DNA from: an uncultured Actinomycetota bacterium
GTDB lineage: Bacteria > Actinomycetota > Actinomycetes > Actinomycetales > CAWJMD01
Assembly (NCBI GenBank): GCA_963825505.1
Contig: CAWGTL010000018.1
Span: 66,137-130,136, forward strand
Direction: 5' to 3'
DNA: 64,000 nt
Below, in pieces: positions 53,052-61,702 of the stretch; positions within the stretch are counted from its first letter, which is position 1; each line of letters begins with the position of its first letter. The position numbers and the translations under genes are program-made. The notes beneath the pieces were generated by a model. The model was given only the letters and a program-made list of their open reading frames with translations. It ran no database searches and was not told where the DNA came from.

Positions 53052-53060
53052 GCGCGGCCG

Positions 53061-54158
53061 GTGCGCACCAGGGGGCCGGTGCGCGTGGTGGGGTCCGGGC
53101 CTGCTCGGGGCCAGCGTGGGCCTGGGTCTGCGGGCCCGGGGCGTCGACGTCGTGCTCGACGACCCGTCGCCGACCGCGCGGGCGCTGGCCCGCGACCTGG
53201 GCGCCGGCCGCCTGCCCGCGGACGACGAGCCCGATCCCGTCCTGGTCGTGGTCGCCGCCCCGCCGGACGTGACCGCCGACGTGGTCGCCACCGCCCTGCG
53301 CACCTGGCCGGCGCGCGGTCGTCACCGACGTCGCCAGCGTCAAGGGCCGCCCGCTGGCCTCGCTGCTCGCCTCCGGCGCCGACGGCCTCGACCGCTACGT
53401 CGGGCGGCCACCCCCTGGCGGGACGCGAGCGCTCCGGCGCCGTGGCCGCGCGCGGCGACCTGTTCGTCGGCCGGCCGTGGGTGCTGACGCCCTCGCAGGA
53501 CGCCCGGCCCGACGCCGTGGCCGTCGTCCGCGACCTCGCGGTCGACCTCGGCGCCGCGCCGGTGGTGATGCCGGCCGCCGACCACGACGGCGCGGTGGCC
53601 CGGGTCTCGCACGTCCCGCAGGTCGCCGCCAGCCTGGTCGCCGCGCGCCTGCTCGACGCCGAGGACGGCGCCGTGGCGCTCGCCGGCCAGGGCCTGCGCG
53701 ACGTCACCCGGGTCGCCGCGAGCGACCCCGAGCTGTGGGTGCAGATCCTCGGCGCGAACGCCGGACCCGTGGCCGAGGTGCTCCGTGCCGTGCGCGGCGA
53801 CCTCGACGCCGTCGTGGCCGCGCTGGAGGCGCTCGCCGTCGACGCCGACGCACCCGGCGCCCGCGCCGACCTCGCCAGGGCTCTGGACGCCGGCGTGCGC
53901 GGGCAGGCCCGGATCCCCGGCAAGCACGGCGCGGCCCCGCAGCGGTTCGCCGTCGTCACGGTCCAGGTGCCCGACCGCCCGGGCGAGCTGGCCCGGATGC
54001 TGGCTGCGATGGGCGGCGCGGGCGTCAACCTGGAGGACCTGCGCCTGGAGCACGTGCCCGACCGGCTGGTCGGCCTCGCGGAGGTCTCGGTGGTGCCCGC
54101 CTCGCGCGAGCGGCTCGAGCAGGTGCTGAGGGACGGCGGCTGGGAGCTCGCCGGCTGA
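53061..54158 (+). pseudogene. tyrA: Prephenate dehydrogenase with a C-terminal ACT-like domain; three +1 frame changes that restore the original frame
   Basis: Track ORF 53061..54158 looks intact, but codons from about 53100 to 53404 translate to Arg-rich nonsense. The true sequence is in frame 1 (LLGASVGLGLRARGVDVVLDD...) and then frame 2 (VVTDVASVKGRPLASLL...DRYVG). It returns to frame 3 (GHPLAGRERSG...). Confidence 0.8.
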
Positions 54159-54185
54159 CCGTCGTCGTGGTGCAAGGGGTCCGGC

Positions 54186-54250
54186 GGTGCAGGTCAGCGG
54201 TGCAGGTCAGCGGTGCAGGTCAGCGGTGCAGGTCAGCGGTGCAGGTCAGA
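54186..54250. repeat. Tandem repeat, 13-bp unit GGTGCAGGTCAGC x5 (four perfect copies plus one with a 1-nt change)
   Basis: Copies start at 54186, 54199, 54212, 54225 and 54238. A degenerate copy may precede them (54168-54185). The array lies between convergent tyrA and a small membrane-protein gene. Confidence 0.9.
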
Positions 54251-54723
54251 GCAGCGACAGGACGACCAGACCGACCGCCGTCAGCCCGGCCACCACCGCC
54301 ACCACCCGCCGGCCCCGACGTGGGGACGGCCCGCCCGGCGGTCGCCCGACGAGGTCGCCGTCCCCGCGCCGCGGCAGCAGCATGCCGGGAGAACCTCGCG
54401 GTCACCGACGCGGGCGGCGCCGACCGCGCCGGCGCGGTCCAGAGCGCGAACAGCAGCGCGATCAGAGCGAGCAGCCCGGCCCAGGCCCAGCTGAGCAGCA
54501 CCAGGGCCCACGGCAGCTCCTCGCCGCCGGGTCCGTTGGTGCGCACCCAGGTGAGCAGCATCGGCAGGCCGACGCCCGCGCCAGCGACCACGGCGAGCGC
54601 GTTCGTCAGCCGGCGCGCGCGCTGCCGCCGTGCGAGCGCGGGGGAGGGGGCCCCGGCCGGCAGGTCGCGGTCGCTGCGCCGCGGACGTGCCCAGCGACCG
54701 AGGGGACGGTCGTGGGTGAGCAC
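54246..54723 (-). CDS. Small hypothetical membrane protein (possibly frameshifted near 54385)
   Basis: GTG 54723 (VLTHDRPLGRW...). Two TM helices (LTNALAVVAGAGVGLPMLL and WALVLLSWAWAGLLALIALLF) lie in ORF 54220..54849. A third TM (VVAVVAGLTAVGLVVLSLL*) lies in another frame that ends at TGA 54246-54248. Confidence 0.45.
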
Positions 54724-54971
54724 GTCGCCAACGCTAGGCGGGACGGTCACGCTCCGCAGAAGCAGTCGCCCCCGGCGTCCCCCGACCGGCGCAGCGCGAC
54801 CGGGTCGGAAGCTCGCGCCCGCCACCCCCTCGGCCCATGGCGCGTTCACCCCCCACCGGGAGTCGGCCGCGTCGGCACCGCAGCGGCGACGCGGGGTCGT
54901 CGGTTTCGGTCGGGGACCCTGCTCGCCGTACCCTGGATCGTTCCCCCCACGTCAGAAGGATCGAGGTACCC

Positions 54972-55724
54972 GTGCGTCCCGGTGGCCCCGCGCCCGGCGT
55001 CCCGTCCGAGGCTCCCTCCGCTCGTGGCCTTGTCGTGGCCGTCGACGGCCCGTCCGGGTCCGGCAAGTCCAGCGTCAGTCGCGCCGTCGCGCAACGGCTC
55101 GGGCTGGCCTACCTCGACACCGGTGCGATGTACCGCGCCGTCACCTGGTGGTGCCGCGAGCAGGGCGTCGAGCTGGGCGACACCGCAGCCGTCGCCGCGC
55201 ACGCACGCGAGATCGACCTGCGGCTGGGGACCGACCCCGCGGCGCCGACCGTGCACGTGGGCTCCACCGACGTCGCCGAGGCGATCCGCGACCGCGACAT
55301 CTCCGCGGTGGTCAGCGCCGTGGCCACCAACCTCGGGGTCCGGGCGGAGCTGCAGCGCCGCCAGCGCGAGGCCATCGCCGCGGCCGCCCGGGGCGACGGG
55401 ATCGTCGCCGAGGGGCGCGACATCACCACCGTCGTGGCGCCGGACGCCGACGTGCGGGTGCTCCTGACCGCGCACGAGGACGCCAGGCTGCGACGTCGCG
55501 CCGAGCAGGACCGGGCCGGGGACGACGAGGCGGAGGCCACCCGCGACCAGGTGCTGCGCCGTGACCGCGACGACGCCACCGTCTCCCAGTTCCACACCGC
55601 CGCCGACGGGGTCGTGACCATCGACTCCTCCGAGCTGGACCTCGAGCAGACCGTGGCCGCCGTGCTCGCCGTCGTCCGCTCGCAGGTGCCGGCCGACCAG
55701 ACCACCCGAGAGGCCATCCGATGA
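54972..55724 (+). CDS. cmk: Cytidylate kinase
   Basis: GTG 54972 follows gaaggatcgagg. The P-loop is [13 protein letters not shown], followed by LDTGAMYRA. Confidence 0.9.
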   Translation: MRPGGPAPGVPSEAPSARGLVVAVDGPSGSGKSSVSRAVAQRLGLAYLDTGAMYRAVTWWCREQGVELGDTAAVAAHAREIDLRLGTDPAAPTVHVGSTDVAEAIRDRDISAVVSAVATNLGVRAELQRRQREAIAAAARGDGIVAEGRDITTVVAPDADVRVLLTAHEDARLRRRAEQDRAGDDEAEATRDQVLRRDRDDATVSQFHTAADGVVTIDSSELDLEQTVAAVLAVVRSQVPADQTTREAIR

Positions 55725-57178
55725 CCGAGAGGTCCGACGAGGACACGTTCCTCGACCCCACACCGGCGCTGCGCGCCGGCCTGGACGACTACGACCTCAG
55801 CGACGAGGACCTGTCCCTCATCGAGGGCGAGGAGGGCGACCTCGACCAGGGCGACGCCGGCCCGCTCCCGGTGCTCGCCGTGGTGGGTCGCCCGAACGTC
55901 GGCAAGTCGACCCTGGTGAACCGCATCCTCGGACGCCGCGAGGCGGTCGTGCAGGACGTGCCGGGCGTGACCCGCGACCGCGTCGCGTACCGCGCCGAGT
56001 GGGCCGGCCGCGACTTCATGCTCGTCGACACCGGCGGCTGGGAGGTCGACGTCCTCGGCCTCGACGCCGCCGTCGCGAAGCAGGCCGAGGTCGCCGTCGA
56101 GCTCGCCGACGCCGTGGTCTTCGTCGTCGACGCCACGGTGGGCGCCACCGCCACCGACGAGCGGGTCGTGACCATGCTGCGCCGCAGCGGCAAGCCGGTC
56201 GTGCTGGCCGCGAACAAGGTCGACGACCAGAAGGGCGAGGCCGACGCCGCGGCGCTGTGGAGCCTCGGCCTCGGCGAGCCGTTCCCGGTGTCGGCCGTGC
56301 ACGGCCGCGGCTCGGGCGACCTGCTCGACGCCGCGGTGGCGGTGCTGCCCGACACCTCGCAGGCCGGCGGGGCGTACGCACCGGGCGGGCCGCGCCGGGT
56401 GGCGCTCATCGGCAAGCCGAACGTCGGCAAGTCCTCGCTGCTCAACAAGATGGTCGGCTCGGACCGCGTCGTGGTCGACCCGGTGGCCGGCACCACGCGC
56501 GACCCGGTCGACGAGGTGGTCGTCCTCGGCGGCCGGCAGTGGCAGTTCGTCGACACCGCGGGCATCCGGCGGCGCGTGCACCAGACCTCGGGGGCGGACT
56601 TCTACGCGTCGCTGCGCACCCAGGGCGCGCTCGAGAAGGCCGAGGTCGCCGTCGTCCTGATCGACTCCAGCGCGCCGCTCACCGAGCAGGACACCCGCAT
56701 CCTGTCGATGGTGATCGAGGCCGGTCGCGCGCTCGTGATCGCGTACAACAAGTGGGACCTCATGGACGACGAGCGCCGCCGCTACCTCGAGCGCGAGATC
56801 GAGATCGACCTCGTGCAGGTGCAGTGGGCGCCGCGGGTGAACGTCTCGGCCCGCACCGGGCGGCACCTCGAGCGGCTCGTGCCCGCGATCGACGTCGCGC
56901 TGGACTCGTGGGACCGCCGGATCCCCACCGGCCGGCTCAACGCGTTCTTCGGTGAGCTCGTGGCGGCGCACCCGCACCCGGTGCGCGGCGGCAAGCAGCC
57001 CCGCGTGCTGTTCGCCACCCAGCCCTCGACCCGGCCGCCGCGGTTCGTGGTGTTCGCGTCCGGCTTCATCGAGGCCGGCTACCGCCGCTTCATCGAGCGG
57101 CGCCTGCGCGAGACCTTTGGCTTCGAGGGGTCGCCGATCGAGATCAGCGTGCGCGTGCGGGAGAAGCGACGGCGCTGA
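55721..57178 (+). CDS. der: Ribosome-biogenesis GTPase Der (EngA)
   Basis: Two GTPase domains ([12 protein letters not shown] and [12 protein letters not shown]) plus a KH-like C-terminus. The start overlaps the cmk stop (ATGA). Confidence 0.9.
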   Translation: MTERSDEDTFLDPTPALRAGLDDYDLSDEDLSLIEGEEGDLDQGDAGPLPVLAVVGRPNVGKSTLVNRILGRREAVVQDVPGVTRDRVAYRAEWAGRDFMLVDTGGWEVDVLGLDAAVAKQAEVAVELADAVVFVVDATVGATATDERVVTMLRRSGKPVVLAANKVDDQKGEADAAALWSLGLGEPFPVSAVHGRGSGDLLDAAVAVLPDTSQAGGAYAPGGPRRVALIGKPNVGKSSLLNKMVGSDRVVVDPVAGTTRDPVDEVVVLGGRQWQFVDTAGIRRRVHQTSGADFYASLRTQGALEKAEVAVVLIDSSAPLTEQDTRILSMVIEAGRALVIAYNKWDLMDDERRRYLEREIEIDLVQVQWAPRVNVSARTGRHLERLVPAIDVALDSWDRRIPTGRLNAFFGELVAAHPHPVRGGKQPRVLFATQPSTRPPRFVVFASGFIEAGYRRFIERRLRETFGFEGSPIEISVRVREKRRR

Positions 57179-57251
57179 GAGGGAAGGGCGTCGTGGGCGC
57201 CGTCAGGCGTCCGGTAGGCTCTCCGAGGCTCGTCGGGAGACCGGTGGGCGG

Positions 57252-57325
57252 CGGGCTGTAGCGCAGCTTGGTAGCGCACCTGACTGGGGGTCAGGGGGTC
57301 GCAGGTTCAAATCCTGTCAGCCCGA
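57252..57325 (+). tRNA. tRNA-Pro (anticodon GGG)
   Basis: Cloverleaf by hand. The acceptor stem is CGGGCTG/CAGCCCG and the D arm is GCGC-AGCTTGGTA-GCGC. The anticodon stem CCTGA/TCAGG carries the loop CTGGGGG. The T arm is GCAGG-TTCAAAT-CCTGT and the discriminator is A. No CCA is encoded. Confidence 0.9.
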
Positions 57326-57327
57326 CT
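57314..57327. repeat. Left copy of a 14-bp direct repeat CTGTCAGCCCGACT (tRNA-Pro 3' end) flanking the IS
   Basis: An identical 14-mer recurs at 58640-58653, immediately outside the other IS end. Confidence 0.85.
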
Positions 57328-57350
57328 ATGTGATGTCTCAGGACATCGGC

Positions 57351-57392
57351 AAGGCCCGAACCCACGGTTGTGGGTTCGGGCCTTGTCATTTT
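57351..57392 (+). terminator. Strong hairpin plus T-run inside the IS left end
   Basis: A 15-bp perfect stem (AAGGCCCGAACCCAC-GGTT-GTGGGTTCGGGCCTT, 57351-57384) is followed by GTCATTTTCGG. It overlaps the transposase stop and sits just downstream of tRNA-Pro. Confidence 0.6.
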
Positions 57393-58570
57393 CGGGGTTG
57401 GTAGTCGCGGTCGAGGTCGATGGTGAGGTCGCGTAGGAGTTCGCCGGTGGCGGCGTTGATGATGCGGACGTTCAGGTCTTGGACGAGCAGGATGACGTGG
57501 GTTCGGGCGTGGGGTCGTCCGACGCCGATGTGGCGGAGGCGGCCGGCCACGCGCAGGGTCACGGTGCCGGACTTGTCGACGCGGTCGTGTCGGATCCGGT
57601 CGTGGGTGTCGGTGTCTCTGGACGGCCCTGGCAGGGCTTTGGGCATGGTGTCGTAGCGGACGGCGGGGGTGGCCCGGTGCGGTAGGGATCGGTGCGGGCG
57701 GCGGTGGTTGTAGTCGCCGACGAAGGCGTCGAGCAGGTCCTGCAGGGCGGCGATGGTGTCGGGCTGGGCGGGTTGGGCGGCGAGCCAGTTCTTCAGGGTC
57801 TGCTGGAAGCGTTCGACCTTGCCGCAGGTGGTGGGGTGGCCGGGTCGGGAGTTCTTCTGGACCACGTTCCAGGTCCGGAGCTGGTGCTCGAAGTCGTTGC
57901 GGCCGCCGCGGCGCCCGGAGCCTGCGTGGCGGACGGTGTAGACCATTCCGTTGTCGGTCAGCGTGGAGGCTGGGATGCCGTGCAGGGTTGCGGTTTTGCG
58001 GAACGTTGCCCTCACGATCGGGGTGGTGACGCGGCGGTGGGCGGACACGTGCAGTGCGTAGCGGGTGCAGTCGTCGAGCCAGGTGATGATCTCGACGTCG
58101 GGGCCTGGTGACCCGTCGGGGTGGGTGAGCCGGTAGTGGGTGAAGTCGGACTGCCAGGTCTCGTTCGGCATCGTGGCTTCGAACCGGATGTAGCAGGACT
58201 TGGGGCGTTTCTTGGGTTCGGGGGTGACTGCGCCGTGGCGGGTCAGGATCCGGTGGATCGTGGCCCGCGACAGCGTGACGCCGTGGTGCTGGGTCAGGTG
58301 CCACCTGAGGGTGTCGGCGCCGGCGTCGTGGCCGGCCTCGAGGAGTTCCTTGCGCAGGCGTAGCACCAGCTCGACGGCCTCGGTCGCCGTCGCGCTCGGT
58401 GAGGTCCTGGGGCGCCGGGACCGGGGTTCGAACGCGGCCTCGCCTTCGTCTCGGTAGCGGGCCATGAGCCTGCTGACGGTGGCTTCGGACAGGCCGTAGG
58501 TCCGGGCGGCCTGGGCCTGGGACAGGCCCTGCTTGGTGATGGCTGTGATGACCAGCCTTGCTCTCGACAC
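57386..58570 (-). CDS. IS481-family DDE transposase
   Basis: 394-aa ORF with an N-terminal HTH (GLSQAQAARTYGLSEATVSRLMARY). The rve/DDE core contains WQSDFTH, TDNGMVYT and CGKVERFQQTLK. Confidence 0.9.
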   Translation of the reverse strand: MSRARLVITAITKQGLSQAQAARTYGLSEATVSRLMARYRDEGEAAFEPRSRRPRTSPSATATEAVELVLRLRKELLEAGHDAGADTLRWHLTQHHGVTLSRATIHRILTRHGAVTPEPKKRPKSCYIRFEATMPNETWQSDFTHYRLTHPDGSPGPDVEIITWLDDCTRYALHVSAHRRVTTPIVRATFRKTATLHGIPASTLTDNGMVYTVRHAGSGRRGGRNDFEHQLRTWNVVQKNSRPGHPTTCGKVERFQQTLKNWLAAQPAQPDTIAALQDLLDAFVGDYNHRRPHRSLPHRATPAVRYDTMPKALPGPSRDTDTHDRIRHDRVDKSGTVTLRVAGRLRHIGVGRPHARTHVILLVQDLNVRIINAATGELLRDLTIDLDRDYQPRK

Positions 58571-58639
58571 AGGCGAGCATCACGGACCGCTCTTGCGTAT
58601 GTCGTGAGACATCCCTTGCAGATGTCCTGAGCCAGGACA

Positions 58640-58653
58640 CTGTCAGCCCGACT
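58640..58653. repeat. Right copy of the 14-bp direct repeat CTGTCAGCCCGACT
   Basis: It abuts the right IS end (…CCAGGACA|CTGTCAGCCCGACT|TTCGGGG). Confidence 0.85.
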
Positions 58654-58657
58654 TTCG

Positions 58658-58695
58658 GGGCCTGACCTGCTGACGCGGGTCAGGCCCATTCTTCG
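58658..58695 (+). terminator. Hairpin plus T-rich tail, probably the original tRNA-Pro/der terminator displaced by the IS
   Basis: GGGCCTGACC (58658-58667) pairs with GGTCAGGCCC (58678-58687) across a 10-nt loop. It is followed by ATTCTTCG. Confidence 0.5.
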
Positions 58696-58816
58696 TGTCC
58701 ATCCGCGCCGGCCCCGACAGCCACCAGGACCTGACCTCGGGGACCCAGTGGCTCCCACCGCGGCCGGGACGAACCTGACGTACGTCGCGCGCACCTTCTC
58801 AGTGATGTACGTTATT

Positions 58817-58830
58817 CCAAAGATCTTTGG
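58817..58830. promoter_or_regulatory. Perfect 14-bp palindrome CCAAAGATCTTTGG (candidate ArsR operator)
   Basis: It lies in an AT-richer stretch that overlaps the RBS ggaggagg of the ArsR-rhodanese gene. Confidence 0.4.
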
Positions 58831-58840
58831 AGGAGGTTCC

Positions 58841-59527
58841 TTGGACAAGCGTGAGACCCGAGGCGCGGTCTTCGACCAGCTCGCGGTCGTGGGCAAGGCG
58901 TTCGCCAGCGCGAAGCGGCTCGAGCTGATCGACCTGCTGAGCCAGGGCGAGCGCACAGTGGAGTCGCTGGCCCGTGAGGCCGGCCTGGGAGTGAGCACCG
59001 CCTCCGCCCACCTGCAGGTGCTCAAGCTCTCCGACCTCGTGTCGACCCGCCGCGAGGGCACGCGGGTCCACTACCGGCTCGCCGGTGAGGACGTCGCCCG
59101 GCTGTACGCCCTGATGCAGACGGTGGCGCGAGAGCACTCGGCGAACGTCGACCGCGCCCTGGAGTCCTACTTCGGCGAGAGCGGCATCGACGACGGTGGG
59201 GTCGTCGAGATCTCGCGCGAGGAGCTGCGCGCCCGGATGAAGAGCGGCGACGTCGTGCTGATCGACGTCCGACCCGCCGAGGAGTACGCCGCCGGCCACA
59301 TCCCCGGCGCTCGGTCGGTACCGTTCGGGCGCCTCGCAGAGGACCTCACCCAGATCGACGGCCTCGACGAGGACGCTGACATCGTCGCGTACTGCCGCGG
59401 TGCGTACTGCGTGCTCGCCCACGATGCGGTCCGCCTGCTCCGGGCCCGGGGCCGCGCCGCCCGGCGCCTCGAGCAGGGCCTGCTCGAGTGGCGCACCGAG
59501 GGCAACCCCGTGGCCGTCGTCGCGTGA
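58841..59527 (+). CDS. ArsR/SmtB-family regulator fused to a rhodanese domain
   Basis: TTG 58841 follows ggaggagg (the alternative is ATG 58805). The wHTH is RLELIDLLSQGERTVESLAREAGLGVSTASAHLQVLKLSDLV. The rhodanese active-site loop is VAYCRGAYC. Confidence 0.8.
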   Translation: MDKRETRGAVFDQLAVVGKAFASAKRLELIDLLSQGERTVESLAREAGLGVSTASAHLQVLKLSDLVSTRREGTRVHYRLAGEDVARLYALMQTVAREHSANVDRALESYFGESGIDDGGVVEISREELRARMKSGDVVLIDVRPAEEYAAGHIPGARSVPFGRLAEDLTQIDGLDEDADIVAYCRGAYCVLAHDAVRLLRARGRAARRLEQGLLEWRTEGNPVAVVA

Positions 59528-60027
59528 GCACCGCCGTCTCTCGGCTGCCGCGGCCGGGCACGTCCTGGCCGCTGCGACGCCGGATCGTGGCGGTGGTGGC
59601 CGCGATCGGCTACACGCTGCTGATCGCGATACCCACCGACCTGATCGACAACCCGGTCTTCAGCCGCGAGATCCCGCCGACCTGGTGGTCGTGGCCCGCG
59701 CTGGTCGCGTCCTCGACGCTCGCTGGCCTGCTCACCGCGACCTACGTCCGGGTCCCGGACACGGCGGTCGCAGCCGTCGGGTCGACCGGCGAGGAGGGCG
59801 CTCTCGACGGGTCCGCCAAAGGCGGATACGTCGGCGGACTACTGACCTTCTTCGCGGTCGGCTGCCCGGTCTGCAACAAGCTCGTGCTCCTGGCTCTCGG
59901 AACCTCGGGCGCGATGACGTGGTTCGAACCCGTCCAGCCAGTCCTGTCCCTCGTCGCCATCGGCGCCCTGGCCTGGGCGTTGCGTGCCCGGCTGGCCGCA
60001 GGTGCGTCCTGCGCCATCCCCACCTGA
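59524..60027 (+). CDS. Hypothetical membrane protein with an intramembrane GCPVC motif
   Basis: GTG 59524 overlaps the upstream stop (GTGA). It has about four TM segments and the motif FFAVGCPVCNKLVLLALG. Confidence 0.6.
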   Translation: MSTAVSRLPRPGTSWPLRRRIVAVVAAIGYTLLIAIPTDLIDNPVFSREIPPTWWSWPALVASSTLAGLLTATYVRVPDTAVAAVGSTGEEGALDGSAKGGYVGGLLTFFAVGCPVCNKLVLLALGTSGAMTWFEPVQPVLSLVAIGALAWALRARLAAGASCAIPT

Positions 60028-60056
60028 CCCCGCACCCACGATCCCCGGAGGACCCC

Positions 60057-60791
60057 GTGCCGCACGCGCCAGCCCGCAAGAAGGGCCTGATCCCGCTCGT
60101 GATCGCCACCGTGGCCGGCCTCGTCGCTGCCGCCCTGCTGCTCACCCCCGCCTCGGGAGATCCCCGCGATCCCGAGCGTTCGGTGGCCGGTGCCACCCGC
60201 GACGCCTCCCAGCCACCCGTCGACCCCGCGGACGACCCGCTGACCGGGCTCGTCCGCCGGGACGCCGACGAGGTGACCGCGATCGGCGACGTCGACGCCC
60301 CGGTCGTGATGCTGAACTACTCGGAGTTCCAGTGCCCGTTCTGCGGGAAGTTCGCGAGGAGCACCGAGCGGACCCTCGTGGAGAAGTACGTCGAGGACGG
60401 CACGCTGCGGATCGAGTGGCGCGACTTCCCTTACCTGGGCGAGGAGTCCACCCGCGCCGCCGTGGCCGCCCGTGCAGCCGGTGAGCAGGGCAAGTTCTGG
60501 GAGTTCCACGACGCGCTGTTCGCCGACCAGGCCCCGCCCAACAGCGGCAGCCTGACCGAGGACCACCTGGTCGGTGTCGCGAGCGACCTTGGGCTCGACA
60601 CCGAGAGGTTCCGCACGGACATGTCGTCCCGCACGATCGCGGACGCCGTGGCGCGCGACTTCAGCGAGGGCCAGCAGATCGGCGTCACCGGCACCCCCGC
60701 GTTCGTGGTCAACGGACGGCCGATCATCGGCGCCCAGCCGACCGAGGTCTTCGTCGACGCGATCGAAGAGGCGGCGGAGGCTGCGCGGTGA
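60057..60791 (+). CDS. DsbA-family thiol:disulfide oxidoreductase (membrane-anchored, thioredoxin fold)
   Basis: GTG 60057 follows cggagga. It has an N-terminal TM anchor, the active site FQCPFCGKF, and GVTGTPAFVVNG. Confidence 0.8.
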   Translation: MPHAPARKKGLIPLVIATVAGLVAAALLLTPASGDPRDPERSVAGATRDASQPPVDPADDPLTGLVRRDADEVTAIGDVDAPVVMLNYSEFQCPFCGKFARSTERTLVEKYVEDGTLRIEWRDFPYLGEESTRAAVAARAAGEQGKFWEFHDALFADQAPPNSGSLTEDHLVGVASDLGLDTERFRTDMSSRTIADAVARDFSEGQQIGVTGTPAFVVNGRPIIGAQPTEVFVDAIEEAAEAAR

Positions 60792-61702
60792 TCGAGGTCG
60801 GCCTGCTGGCCGCCTTCGCGGCGGGCGTCCTGGCGCTGCTCTCCCCGTGCAGCGCGCTGCTGCTGCCGTCGTTCTTCGCGTACGCGTTCGCGAACCGCAC
60901 CGCGCTCCTGCTGCGCACCGCCCTGTTCTACGTCGGCCTGACGATCACCCTGGTGCCGCTCGGGACAGGGGCAGGTGCGGCCAGCGCGCTGTTCTACGGC
61001 CACCGGAGCCTGCTGATCCTCTTCGCGGGCTGGTCGATCATCGCGCTCGGCCTGCTCCAGATCCTCGGTCGCAGCTTCGCGATGCCGTTCGCCGGACGCC
61101 TGCAGGCCTGGTCCCACCGACGGTCGGCGAAGAACGCCGGCGGCAAGGCGACCTGGTTCTCGACGGTGGCTCTCGGCGCGGTCTACGGGCTCGCCGGCTT
61201 CTGCTCCGGTCCGATCCTCGGCGCGATCCTGACCGTGGCCGCGACGCAGGACTCGCCGCTGCAGGGCGGCGTGCTCCTCGCCACCTACGCACTCGGCATG
61301 GCGGCCCCGCTGTTCGTCCTCGCCGCGCTGTGGGACCGGCTCCAGCTCGGTCGACGATCATGGCTGCGCGGCAGGATGCTGAACGTCGGCCCGCTCGCCG
61401 TGCACAGCACGTCGCTGGTCTCCGGCCTGCTGTTCGTCACGATCGGCGTGCTGTTCCTGCGCTTCGACGGCACCGCCGGGATCAGCGGGGTGCTCGGGCT
61501 GGGCGACACCACCGACATGGAATTCGGCGCGCAGCGCTGGGTCGCCGACCTGACCGCCGACGTCCCGCGGTGGGGCGTTCCGGCCGCAGTGGCTGTCGTC
61601 GCCGCCCTGTTCGCCTGGCGCCGTCGTCGCGGACCGAGTGACGGACCTAGCGCCGGTCGCTCGGATGCACCCGAGGACCGAGAGACGACCGTCTCCTCAT
61701 GA
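60788..61702 (+). CDS. ccdA: Cytochrome c biogenesis protein CcdA / DsbD-like thiol-disulfide transporter
   Basis: The GTG start overlaps the DsbA stop (GTGA). It has six or more TM segments with conserved Cys in LLSPCSALLLP and LAGFCSGPILG. Confidence 0.8.
   Translation: MIEVGLLAAFAAGVLALLSPCSALLLPSFFAYAFANRTALLLRTALFYVGLTITLVPLGTGAGAASALFYGHRSLLILFAGWSIIALGLLQILGRSFAMPFAGRLQAWSHRRSAKNAGGKATWFSTVALGAVYGLAGFCSGPILGAILTVAATQDSPLQGGVLLATYALGMAAPLFVLAALWDRLQLGRRSWLRGRMLNVGPLAVHSTSLVSGLLFVTIGVLFLRFDGTAGISGVLGLGDTTDMEFGAQRWVADLTADVPRWGVPAAVAVVAALFAWRRRRGPSDGPSAGRSDAPEDRETTVSS

Larger units (their letters stand above)
57329..58639 (-). mobile_element. IS481-family insertion sequence (about 1.31 kb)
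   Basis: The terminal inverted repeats are TGTGATGTCTCAGGACATCGGCAAGG (left) and TGTCCTGGCTCAGGACATCTGCAAGG (right, reverse-complemented), matching at 22 of 26 positions. It carries a single DDE transposase gene and is flanked by the 14-bp direct repeat. Confidence 0.85.

Noticed and set aside
54186-54250. The tandem repeat as a CRISPR array.
   Set aside because: The units are 13 bp and directly abutting, with no spacers. No cas genes are in the window.
57252-61702. A tRNA-Pro-anchored integrative genomic island covering the thiol/sulfur module.
   Set aside because: The duplicated tRNA 3' fragment brackets only the IS (57314-58653). I found no integrase or recombinase gene and no third copy of the att-like sequence downstream. 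Acquisition remains possible but is unsupported.
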